In this document: piece by piece, positions 40,691-52,214 of the stretch
How the letters are laid out: the number at the start of each line of letters is the position of its first letter
Numbering within the stretch: position 1 is the first letter of the stretch
Assembly (NCBI GenBank): GCA_048128005.1
Contig: JBEUKZ010000001.1
Span: 1-64,000 of the forward strand
DNA length: 64,000 nt
Direction of reading: 5' to 3'
Origin: Veleropilina oligotropha
Taxonomy: Eukaryota
Position numbers and translations under genes: made by a program
The notes under the pieces: generated by a model
The model's database searches: none
The model's input: the letters and a program-made list of their open reading frames with translations, nothing else
Told to the model about the DNA's origin: nothing

Positions 40691-41357
40691 CATCGATATC
40701 AGTAGAGAAGTATGTTTTTATATATACAATTACTTTTCGGCTATCATACAAGGGGGATATAATGGCCTATTAAAATGGAATGGTCCACGTGTCTTTCAAT
40801 TAGCGAACACAATAGCCACACAATCGTAGAATCGTGTGGAATAATCGACATTTTATGTAACATACTAAATAAATGTGTTTCAATTATTATCCAGTCTTGT
40901 TGATTTATTATGCTTATTGTATGTACTAGGTTTATTAGGAGTTCGTATTAATGATATATTCTACCATCCATAAGGTAATACCTGTAGTGAGCCTCTTGTG
41001 TACGCGCAAATCAATTTCACATAACTTGCGAGAGCGAGGCAGAAGTCGTGATCTTCGCGCGAAATACAAATCATTCGTATCGACAACGTTGAGAGAGGCA
41101 GCTCGCTACATTTTGTCGCCATCGTGGGAGACGAATCTAACTACGGCAAATCGCTGTGTTATAAATGTTTAGGTGTCCGTCAATGCCTACCGTCCCACTC
41201 CGCGATATATAATAAGCACCTTGCCGCAGGTAAACCTTGTATTTTATATCTATTTATATGTATGCTTGTCATTTGATGTCTTTTGTGCTATATAAATATG
41301 TCGAGCAGGTTATCAGTGCATCCTTCGATTCAGTGAGACTAAACGTATCTTGATATA

Positions 41358-41748
41358 TATCTTACCTCCAACAAGTTTCCACGATAGTGATTGGGTTAGA
41401 CCCATCACGTGTCGACCGTGTATAATCCATATGGGGTTACTTCACCGCCATACAGGGTCGGTATAGAGTTATCGCCCCTGTGCCTTATACAAATCAATAA
41501 ACAATATGGTGGCCAAAAAACGGTTCGCGCAGACGACACCACAGGAATGTGACCGGTTTAGACAGGTTAAAGTGTAAAAAAAGGTTGTCGGTAAGATATA
41601 TTCGTTACATGGTTTGTTAGTGACCTAATTTGGTATATACAAGGTGAGTAAAATTCATATCAGGCTCGAGCTTCGCTCTCGCCTGATATGAATTTTACTC
41701 ACCCTGTATATACCATATTAGGTCACTAACGCACCATGTAACTTATAA
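41358..41748. mobile_element. Hairpin-ended non-autonomous element (Crypton-like) inserted in the 5' LTR
   Basis: Absent from the 3' LTR; IR tatcttacctccaac / gttgtcggtaagata next to a ~140-bp palindrome (41604-41742); no conventional TSD. Confidence 0.7.
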
Positions 41749-42443
41749 TATTATAAGTCTAAATATGGAGCGACAAGGTAGATTAAGGGACGCATATTAA
41801 TTACTGTGTAATATATAATATTTATAGTCTTGTCGCTGCAGTAGATGATCAGTATCTGATATTACGATTAATTAACCGATATTGAGTGAATATCTTTGTC
41901 TTCTAACTGCAGGACAAGGTGCATGTGCATGCAGTGCCCGTGATATACGCTACGCGCTCGTGTATATCGTTGCTGTACGCTGCATTGCCCGTGTATATCG
42001 TTGCTGTAAGCTACGTGCTGGTGCATATCATTGCTGTTCGCTACGTACCAGTGTATATTAGAGAGGTTTCGCAAAGTGTCCCGTTTACCTGTACGTGCAC
42101 GTGTAAGAGGTCAACACGTTTGGTTCCCCTTAGCAACAAGTTACACGTACAAGTTAGCGTTTATAGACGGTTTTGGCTTTCGCAATGACAATGCAACGTG
42201 TATACAGCCTATGTATGACAATTTCGAATATGGAACGGTTAAATCTGGATAGGAATAAATCAATGTATTCGTCAAAACTCAGTTATTTATTTTAATAATT
42301 ATATTGACAATATTTGTTATAAATTAATTAGATTTTAGGGACAAAGACTAGTCGTACTGATCGAATCAGGAACACGTATCTAAATCAATGCGGACTAACA
42401 AATCAACTTTGCAAATTGAACGCGAACGCGTACCTGTAATACA

Positions 42444-43608
42444 TAGAGGATATTAAACGAGATCCCATTTCATATCAAATTTATGTCACGAGTGACATAA
42501 ATTTGATATGAAATGGGATCGAGTTTAATGTTATTTTTATCACATTACTACAAATATGGCAATTACACTGCAATACTTGCATATTAGTCTTTGTTGAAGA
42601 AACCAAATCACTTCGTTGTGTAGTGCGCACTTTAAAATAGTCCGCTTGCAAAAGCCCAGAAACATTGATATAAATAACGTGTTTGTAACATAACTATTAA
42701 CAAAATATTTATTTGCAAGAACTGGAAACAATAATTAGGAATTTGGATGTTCGCTATAAACAGATATCAACCAGACAGTAATCAATTATTTATAGACAAT
42801 AAACAATTATTTTTTCATTCTGGAGAATGCGCCGTAGCGACCGTGTCGTGCCCAGTGGCTGGAATTTTATCGCTGTGAATGTGCACTTCTATGCTTCGCC
42901 CCGACACATTTCCACCTATTAAAGTGTTGAGGCCACCGTACACATTTCCGACGGATGTTTGCCGAGAAGAAATACAGCGTTTAAACCATGGTCCCGCTTT
43001 TCTGAATGACTCTGGATTCGGATTTGTTGCGATGTAAAAATTTGCACAAAAGTTTATTGAGATCTGCAGGTGGAATATCTTGGATACTTCTACGTTCATT
43101 AAATTGAGGCTGAGAAAGAAAACGGGCAAGTAGTTGTAAATCATATAATGTTTTGTTTTTTGTATTTATGTTTGCTTGTGCGATTACAATGTCCTCAACA
43201 TCTGTGTCCGTAACCGAGACGAACCTGTTGTTTATGTTTGAAATTTATGTCGGCTGCTCTGCACTCGGGGGTTTCGAACTCGTAGCCATACGATCTTGTG
43301 GAAAGTCTATTTCTATGTCGGTACCGTCAATTAAACATGTATAAACTTCTACACCCTGTTCATTTGTTATCACATTCAAAACAGTGGCTGATCCTCTTCC
43401 GGCTTTATTTATTTTACACCCGATTTCATATTTGTTTATGATAATTTTATCCATTTTCGCAAAGTAGTAATTAAAATAGTACGGCGCATTGATAGTGATG
43501 ACGTTTTATTGACCAATCTCAATCGTCAAAAAATGTTATGACATGGTATAATAACATGTGCTATGTATTGGCTAGACAGCCAACATAACACAGCATTCAT
43601 GTGATAAA
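42444..43608 (-). mobile_element. Internally deleted Crypton (CryptonA/DUF3504-type) element
   Basis: Terminal palindrome 42450-42531 plus IR tttatcacat/atgtgataaa. The minus frame reads RFVSVTDTDVEDIVIAQANINTKNKTLYDLQLLARFL...RRSIQDIPPADLNKLLCKF, typical of the region N-terminal to DUF3504. Confidence 0.75.
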
Positions 43609-44303
43609 GTGTGTTATGCAAATTTTATCGTAATTTCATCAGCATTTGAGGTCTGAACTCAATGGACTATAAATATAGACGTATAATCAAGTCTTCACGG
43701 CCACAAGATACGTGTAAATCACGATTTTCACGTTGGCCTACCTACCAAACGCTGTTTACCGGCATACTACAGACTGGCCTATTACTATTGTAAACGAGGT
43801 AAGTGGTTTTCCTTGTCAAGGTTGCGTCTCACACACACACACATGCATGACGTGTGTGTGTGTGTGTGTGTGCGTGTGTGTGTGGCTGCGTGCGTGGGTG
43901 GGTTGGTCGGTGAACGAGATGTGTGATATCTCAGCTTGTTTGTCAGGTGTCTTTATTTTGTTTCGTATGTGTGTATATTATGTTGCCTTCAGACTCCACT
44001 CGAGTAGCTATGTGGTAAATCCGCTGCTGGGAATTGTTTTGGGGAGAGGTGGTATGTGTAAACACTCTTGCTTCGCGACTCGCACAGTACGCGGAGTACG
44101 GTCTTGTCGTTTTTTTTGTCAATTAAATGTTCAGTTAAATCGAGCTCACTTACCACGTGTGTCTTGGCCTTTTAAGTTAACTGGTAGCACCAAGCCGTCA
44201 TCTCGTGCGAACCCCCTGACCAACTAGAAAAACTTATTTGTTTCTCTCGATTGTGGTCAAACAAATTCTTGATTAAAGTGATTTGTTTTATTTTTAGTTA
44301 TCC

Positions 44304-45376
44304 ATGGACCACTTGCATCACACGAACCAACATGTTGTGTCTGCAATGTTGGACGATGGAATCCAACCGGAATACAATTTTCACTTGAAATGCCAGAGAG
44401 ACAATAGGTTGAAAAACGTCTGCTTTGACTTTTCCCAAGCATCCGAGGAAGAGTCGTGGTCAAAATTTCGATTCACGATGGACGACATTCCAAGACTGCA
44501 ATCTGCATTGGGCATTCCAGAAAAGATGCCCTTTTCTAATCGGATAAAATAAAGTAGTTTAAACGCACTTCTTTTAGTTCTGATGCGTCTGTCATATCCT
44601 GCTAGGTTGACCGATCTTCAAAACCTGTTTCCAAGGTCAGAAGGCTCACTGAGCATTATATTTAATGAGCCAGTTGATTACATATACAACACGTTCGGAC
44701 ATCTACTAGAAGATGTAACCAAGCTATATAGGTTAGCTCCCGATTTCCTAAATATCTACAGCAAGCGGTATCGCACAAGGGATCACCATTGGCCCGTTGC
44801 TGGGGATTCATTTACGGCACAGCTCGTCCAATGTGCAGGCCTAATATTGCACAAGTTGTAGCATTCAGTGGCCATAAAAGGTGCCACTTTTTAAAATTTC
44901 AGTCGGTAATGGTATCGAATGGGGAGATGTGCCATATGTATAGCCCTATTGATGGACGAAGGCACGATGCCATTTTACTCAGATTTTCAGGATTACTGGT
45001 CCAATTACAAGGACCAAATTTCACCGACGCAGATTGAAGACCTTACGTATTGTATGGCGACCCGGCATACCCAAACAGGGAACACTTAATTTCTCCGTAT
45101 AAAGGAGCAAACCTCGCACGCGAGCAGGAACAATTTAATTCCGATATGAGTAAAGTTAAACAATCTGTGGAGTGGGGGTTTTGTTACATAACAAAATACT
45201 GGGCATTTGTGGATTTCAGAGAAAATCTTAAAGTTCTCCTTCAGTCTATTGCAATATATTACACTGTTGCTGCGATCCTCACGAATTGTAAATGATCTCT
45301 ACATGGTAATCAAACATCCAAATCTTTCGGCGTCGATCCACCTTCTTTGGAGAACTATCTACAAAATGCACCATAG
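44304..45376 (+). pseudogene. Harbinger-type DDE transposase (HARBI1-like, DDE_Tnp_4), disrupted
   Basis: KFRF..RLSYPARL..CWGFIYGT (catalytic D>Y)..SGHKR.H.LKFQS..GRRHD..YGDPAYP..MSKV..SVEWGF; stops and one frameshift. Confidence 0.9.
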
Positions 45377-46007
45377 ATCAAATGATTTATAAAATAGCCC
45401 AATCACCCACAACCGACAATAGCATACATCGTACAAACCATGCAATTACAATATAATAAGTATAGTATTTGCCGCCCCGGTAGTCGTGTGGTCTCTGATA
45501 TCACTGGCACGATTGCGGGCGGGTTTCCACGGGCGACCGCGTTTTCCTCCCGGTAATATGAACATGTCTTGCTTTGAACCTGAAGGTTGAAAATATACAG
45601 GATATTAATCATAAGCAAACGAAAAAGAAAAGTATAATATTTTATGTATTTAATTTAATTTGTCGGTCATCTTTTTAGCAGTTCCATAATTCTTCGCTCT
45701 TCAGCATCCTGCTCCTGGTGCCTTTCGTCTAGTGCCAAGCGCCGTTCCTCGATATCAAGCTTTCGCCCTTCATTTTGCGCATGTGTTTGGAGAAAGGATG
45801 CTGTAGTGAACACCGGTCGCTTTCCTTTTTTTGGCGATGACACATCCTCTTCTGAACTTGGATTTTGTTCATTGCCTACAAATAATCAAACAAAAAAAGT
45901 TGTATTTGGATACAATAATAATGTGTTTACAATAAACAGGAATACTAAACATTATAAAATCAGAATCAGTGGCTTTATATACATCATCATATTTCACATA
46001 CCTTGAG

Positions 46008-46245
46008 GTAACGTATGTAAATTTGTTTTACGACCACTTTTTGGCAATTTTTCAGTCTTATCGCGATCGGGACACCCGATTTAAGGTATCACTCCGATCT
46101 GACAGACATGCATTAGGGATATGCCTTCCATTAGTTTTAAGCGTTAGGATTAGCCTCGCCGTAGCGGGGGTTTGAACCCACATCCTACCGTCCCACTTAA
46201 AGTTTTTCCGACGCTCTAACCAGTTGAGCTATCGAGGACAGTTAG
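46008..46245 (-). mobile_element. Meta-like SINE
   Basis: Reverse complement of 28679-28908. Confidence 0.8.
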
Positions 46246-46599
46246 CACCCCTTGAGCCTTATTTCATAATTCCAAGACCTTGTCTTATACTAGATCTAAA
46301 TATCACACGAATCTTGTTCTATATGAATTCTTTCTACGTTTTCTTTTAATTCCCCTGAGAACATTATCTCTAATGAGTCTTCCTTGAACCTCTTGCTGCT
46401 TCTCTGGATTTGCTGTCTTTTGAGGTGCCTTCTCCTCTAAAAGACCCTCGCGCTTCAAGTCCCCGAGATCCTGCATGAGGACCTGCCTTTCCGCAAATTC
46501 CTCTTATGTCCCTGATCTAACAAAAAAACACATTATAAGCAAATGCGCTATTCAATATTAACTTGATATTTGGAGGACATATAATACTTATAGTTGTTC

Positions 46600-46875
46600 G
46601 TTCTCTATCTCTCACTCTCCCAGTCCCACACCAACACTCTTCAACTCCCACAAGTTCTCACTCTCGCATTGACACAAGCTCTCTCATTCCCACGCTCCCA
46701 CAAGCTCCCAATTTCGCATTCTCACAAGCTCTCACACTCTCACTCCCACAAGCTCTCACTGGCTCCCACACTCTCACACTCACTAGATCCCACACTTTCA
46801 CACTCACTAGCTCCCATACTCTCACTCTCACTAGCTCTCACACTTTCCTCCATTCCCTCCTCCACTCTCTCCCTT
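46600..46875. repeat. CT/CA-rich degenerate minisatellite in the intron of the Myb-like gene
   Basis: Repeated ctctcacactc / cccacaagct units. Confidence 0.75.
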
Positions 46876-47984
46876 TCGCTGTAACGCGATGGCCCGCCAT
46901 TGTTTCTCCTAATGATATTTTAAATACACACCGTTTCAAATTTGCTGCGTCTCCAGATTTGAATATGCTAAGTAACCGAGTTATCCTTTCTCGGGCCGTT
47001 CGCTTGCTGACATCTTTGCCTGTACTATCACTGTTTTTTTTAGCAACGGTTTCCCAATTAATTGGAGTACAAGCAACGCTCTCTTATCATAAATTTATGT
47101 CGTCCTTTAGCTTAAATCTAATATGACTTCTTTTTTGGTCCATCTATCAAGTAAAATAATATATTAATGACAACCAAACTGATTATTTTCTGAAGAGTAA
47201 AACATTGTTAAGCTATTACTATTGCCAGCGGTCAAATGATCCAGTATGTATCATTATGTATATATTATATTATCACATACATGCAGTTATTGACAGCGCT
47301 TAATTTACAAATCATAATAATAGTCATTAGGCTATGCAAAATTTCAACAATTTCAGTGTGAATTTACAGACTAGCAACCAAATAATATCAATCTCCTTTG
47401 TGTGTACTAGTATGTGTTGCTTGTAATAAATAAATATATGTTTGTATTATGTATATCGAAATTATAATTCACTTTAAATATACTCACGGCTATCCGTCTT
47501 CTGAACAAAAAGCGTGCTCTATGTTCTACACGGTGGATTCAATCGAAAACGCCAAGCTTCACGGTGCTATTTATGATCACAACAGACAATGCGCACAAAT
47601 CGGTGACGTTTCATGTTGCTCTGTGTACCACACGTAGACGTACACGTACACGTACAGGGACACTTTGCGAAACCTCTCTATTGTTGCTGTACGCTACGTG
47701 TTCGTGTATATTGTTGCTGTTCGCTACTTATATTAGAGAGTTTTCGCAAACTAACGCGAACGTGTACTTGAACGCGAAGATCAGATTGTAACATAGAACG
47801 TCATCAATTTGTGTTCTTTAGCTGCTGAGAATATATATGGTAACCGCGAATACAGGCGTTCACGTTCGACTCGAACGTGTAATTAATGACGAACGCATCA
47901 AAAACACAGGCAAATCATTATCTTCATCCATGATTTTTTAAAAGAAAAGTTATGTATCGCAAATTGAAAACATATAAGGGGGAA

Positions 47985-48232
47985 TTATGCTTAATATCCT
48001 GTATGTTTATAACATCGAGGTTCAAGGCAGGACATGTCCGTGTTATCGCGGGAGGAAACCTCGGTCGCCGGGTAAACCCGCCATCTTCGGCCAGTCACCG
48101 ACAACTGTGCTTCATAACTTGAACAAATGTGTGCTGCCTCAGCAGGGGGTCGATCCCACTACTGTTCGCGTCAGCGGAAACAAGCCAGTGAATTTAGAGT
48201 GGACACTCTACCCACTGCGCTACCGAAGCGGG
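47985..48232 (-). mobile_element. tRNA-derived V-domain-type SINE
   Basis: Reverse complement of 50241-50500. Confidence 0.85.
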
Positions 48233-49530
48233 AGAAAAAATATAAATAAATATAAAATCACACTAATTGGTTTACTTGATAACAGAGCATTTATACCATT
48301 AATCACCCCATCTGAATGTTTCCGGTGATATTTCATAATGTTTTACATCGTGTATAAAAATGAGAAACATTTATATTTGAATTATATTTCGTGTTAAAGA
48401 TAACCATCTCGCACTGATTCGAAATGACAATGAATCTGCATCCCTTTCAATTTAGTCGATATATGTATGATACGTTTTATTACTATTCTCTTATTGTGCG
48501 AATGCACTAGTCGAATACGGTAGCCAATATCTATGATCAAGCAATTCATGGCTCTAATGACATAACAATGCACTTCATTCTTTACACAAGTGAAGGCAAT
48601 GTGTAGAATCAGGTCGAGAACGAGGCTGGAAAGGTATTTTCTCGAGATGAGGAGTTTAACCTCGGAAAATGAAAACAATATAAAATGCAGTGGAGAAATG
48701 TAGTTATGTGGATACATGAAACAATACTCAATAGTGTTGTTCATTAATATATTAAATATACATATGTATGTACCGGTATAGCTAAACGCGTATCAAAGTC
48801 TTTAAATAATTAGGAGATATTTCACTTCTTCACTTTCAAAAGACTACGTGTCATTATTTAGAAAGCAAATATTGACTGTGTACGAAACAACAAATAATCA
48901 TGCTATGTTATTTAACTATTTCAAACAATTATATGGGTCGATACACATCTACATGGTCACCAATTCCAGAGACGAGAGAACAATCCCATATGTTTTATAA
49001 TTTTCACACTTATATTGCTGTGATTAAGCAGATTAACATAAGCATATTATTGTACATGTATATCATTTAATCATTTATATGAAAAAATTTCAACAACAAA
49101 CTTTAAAAAAATTGTGACTCGGCGGTACTATGCCAAATTCGAAACTTTAAAATAAACCACTCTAAAACTTGCTATAAAATTAACACAGAGCTGAAGATAC
49201 GCACAAACTTATGTATGCACGTACTTGTGTGTGTGTATGCGCGAGTGCGTGTGTATACATTTTACTAATACCGATGTATTACATGTTTTGGAAGTAGCCT
49301 ACGTGAATACATCGAATTACAGGTTGCTCTTGTCCCGTGAACGTCAACTTACACGGTTCTATTTCTGGTCAATGGGTACACAAAGCAAATAATGATTACA
49401 CCCTGGTGATATTTGCATATTACCCATACATCCGAGGAACACGTTCACGATCACTTTGCGAAAATGGATTTCAAGTCTTGTAATTACGAGAAACGTGAAA
49501 CAAGCTATCGTAGAAATCACTGATCTATTG

Positions 49531-49906
49531 ATATTTAGAAGCCAATTTCATTTCTCGGCCAATGAGAGAGCAGTATTTCTCGTCAATTATTGCTGACGAC
49601 GGCACTTTGCAGGTCTATTGTTTGCGATGCCTTACCCATTATTAAGAATAGGGGTGACAGGGTGTAATGTTAATATGGATTTCTTGACATATTGGTAAAA
49701 AAGCTAATTATTTTGTAATAAATATGTGTTTCGATAACATAAATAGTTTAACAAATTAGATAATTATAAATAATTTGTGTGGAGAAATGAAATTAGCTTC
49801 TAAGTCGGTTAGACGGCAGCTTGTAGACTCTTATCAAAAAGTAGTCTCGCCCTAGGGGCTCGACTCCTATTTTGCTAAGACTCTCCAATCCGCCATCTAA
49901 CCTATA
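49531..49906. mobile_element. Hairpin-ended non-autonomous element (Crypton-like)
   Basis: IR tagaagccaatttcatttctc / gagaaatgaaattagcttcta adjacent to the palindrome ggttagacggc...gccatctaacc. Confidence 0.6.
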
Positions 49907-50240
49907 CATATACAAAATAAAGATCAAATATTTCTACACTGCCAAATAATTAATAATGTTATATCATATAATTTAACGTTAATAATATGATAGCGTACAT
50001 GGACATATTTAAATTCATAGATGACCGTGCGTTGACTTTTGAAGCAGATATAAATACACAAGTCGATCTGCGAAATACTCAGCGAATTGACCCCTTTCAC
50101 GTTACAGTTACACGTTCACGGGACATTTGCGAAAACTCTCTATTGTTGCTATACGTGTCCGTGTACGCTCTTCATGGACGCCAGTCATCAGTTCGTTTAA
50201 ATAAACTACGGATTTACACCAGAGCGTCTTTATTATCCAG

Positions 50241-50500
50241 GCCGCTTCGGCAGCGCAGTGGGTCAAGTGTCCACTCTAACTTCACTGGCTTGATTCCGCT
50301 AATGCGAAAAGTAGTGGGTTCAATACCTGGCAGAGGAATTGACATTTGTTCAAGTTATGAATCACAGTTGTCCGCGACTGGCTGAAGAGGGCGGGTTTAC
50401 CCGGGCGACCGAGGTTTCCTCCCGCGATAACACGGACATGTCCTGCCTTGAACCTCGATGTTGTAAATATACAGGATATTAAGCATCATTCCTCCCTCCC
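50241..50500 (+). mobile_element. tRNA-derived V-domain-type SINE inserted in the 5' LTR
   Basis: A-box ggcagcgcagtgg, B-box ggttcaatacc, core gggtttacccgggcgaccgaggtttcctccc, (TCCC)n tail; further copies at 58971-59220, 59440-59690 and 45473-45615. Confidence 0.85.
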
Positions 50501-50557
50501 TCCTCCGAATCCTTCTTCAGAGCCGCTTTGGGAAACCTCACAAGGCTGGTTACATGT

Positions 50558-50575
50558 TGGCGCCCAATGTGGGGC
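50558..50575 (+). promoter_or_regulatory. Primer-binding site, tRNA-Lys(CUU) type
   Basis: TGGCGCCCAATGTGGGGC, one mismatch to the Lys1,2 PBS TGGCGCCCAACGTGGGGC, 3 nt after the LTR end. Confidence 0.9.
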
Positions 50576-51528
50576 AGTGAAATTCTACTGTGTGGGTAGG
50601 TACGTGAGCGCAACTACGAAACCGAGAGGACGAGTCGTAGAGGAAAATTTGCAGCTTGACGCATGCCATGAATGTGAAATCATCGTCGTTAAGGTCCATG
50701 ATCGATTACGCTACGGGAACCACTACCATTTAGTGCTCCATTGTTTCAGTGTCGCGTTCTGCATGATCGAGGGTGACATTTGTCCGTTCGAGATCGGCGT
50801 GGATTGTCAAAGGAGAAATAATGTGATTCTCTGACAGTTCCGCGTGAAAGATTGCTAGCAGAGTTGTTCGTTGAAATTAAGTGTTCTCTCGCGAGAATGA
50901 ACAATATGGATCCAGTGTGAACGTGACCAACGGTGTGAATAAACAGTCTCATGTTCGTATTTCGTATCCTTTTACAATCATTTTGGTTTTGTTTATTGTC
51001 TAATATTTATTTATGTTTCAGCATTTGTGGTTATTTTAAATAGTCACCAATTTGAATTTGAATGTAATATTAGCTGTGCTCTGATCAAGCAGTAGCTAGT
51101 TGTAAATAATTTTATATTCGTCAGTGTATACGAGATATCGTGTCCAAAGTGTGAAATATTATAATCGTAAATCTTTTTGATGAAATGAAGTTTGATGCTA
51201 TGCATGTTCGTGACAACGAGTTACGCGTAGCCATTGCTATGGAAGCCCGCTGAATTCATTATTGGAGACGAGTGTTCATGTGCGTTGCTGAATTTCATGA
51301 TTTTTTAGCTTGACATAATTTGATGTAGGCCTAGGGATAATTTTTTTTTTTGTGTGTTTCATCTCTTGTCTTCACGTTTTTTTTGGTTATTTGAATGTTT
51401 GTTTATTTATTTTGTAAACTGTGAATCTGTTAGTATTATTCATATACTTTGTTTTGGGTTTATATTTGCATTAACACGTGATAAATAATTTTTTTAAATT
51501 ATTTTTTAGTGAACCCTATAACTAGTGA

Positions 51529-51690
51529 AATTGTGATAATAATTCATCAAATTCATTTAATTGTGATACTAATTCATCAAATTCATTTAATTGTGATACT
51601 AATTCATCAAATTCATTTAATTGTGATACTAATTCATCAAATTCATTTAATTGTGATACTAATTCATCAAATTCATTTAATTGTGATAAT
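51529..51690. repeat. 30-bp tandem repeat x~5.4 in the Gypsy leader
   Basis: aattgtgatactaattcatcaaattcattt repeated. Confidence 0.95.
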
Positions 51691-52214
51691 TTATTGGTAA
51701 ACTATTATTGAAAATTTATTAGTTCATTTTACTTTACTTGTATTTCGTAATATATATATTCATATTTAAATCAAATTTGAAGATTTTTGTAAGTTTAGTT
51801 TGTCATCTTGTAAATTGCTTGAGACATATATTTCACCGCATTATTGACTTTGATTATTATATTCAAGTTGCTCTTCATATTTACTCAATTGTGCGTGAAA
51901 CATCCGCGGCAAGGCTGAATAATTTTAACAGAACAATTAATTTGCGTTTTATTCGACAGATGCGTGACGCGATTAAAGCTGTTGTGGTTTGAGTTTGTGC
52001 GCGAATTATCGTACAATCGGAATCGTGTTTAATTTTACGATATCGAGCGGCGTTGGTGATCGTTATATGGTGTGGACATTCGAGACGGAATAGTAGTCTT
52101 TGCAAGCTATTTGATACGTTTTGGGTGAACATTGGCTCTTTTAAGTAAGTGTTTCATTGTGTCATCATCTAGTTAGAAGGATATTTTTGTATTTGTAAAC
52201 GCTAGGGTGCAAGT

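Larger units (their letters stand above)
45660..47130 (-). pseudogene. Harbinger-associated Myb/SANT-like DNA-binding protein, intron-containing, disrupted
   Basis: Exon pieces VSKRTARERITRLLSIFKSGDAANLKR| (donor ~46931), |SGT*EEFAERQVLMQDL.. (acceptor ~46517) and a coiled-coil last exon ..RKLDIEERRLALDER.. (acceptor 45876). Confidence 0.75.
42060..47679. mobile_element. PIF/Harbinger-superfamily (PHIS) transposon, two-gene, defective
   Basis: Perfect 23-bp TIR AGAGAGGTTTCGCAAAGTGTCCC, ATT TSD, DDE_Tnp_4 transposase and convergent Myb/SANT-like gene. Confidence 0.92.
47735..50141. mobile_element. Second, non-autonomous PIF/Harbinger-type element
   Basis: Perfect 16-bp TIR AGAGAGTTTTCGCAAA, ATT TSD (47732-47734, 50142-50144); absent from the 3' LTR. 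Confidence 0.9.
40856..50554 (+). repeat. 5' LTR, interrupted by four top-level insertions
   Basis: Segments 40856-41357, 41749-42059, 47680-47734, 50142-50240 and 50501-50554 align colinearly to the 3' LTR. Confidence 0.92.

Noticed and set aside
46563..47126. 187-aa plus-strand ORF
   Set aside because: Low-complexity minisatellite plus antisense of the Myb-like exon.
50241..50330. tRNA gene
   Set aside because: A/B boxes are present but it is the head of a multicopy SINE without a full cloverleaf.
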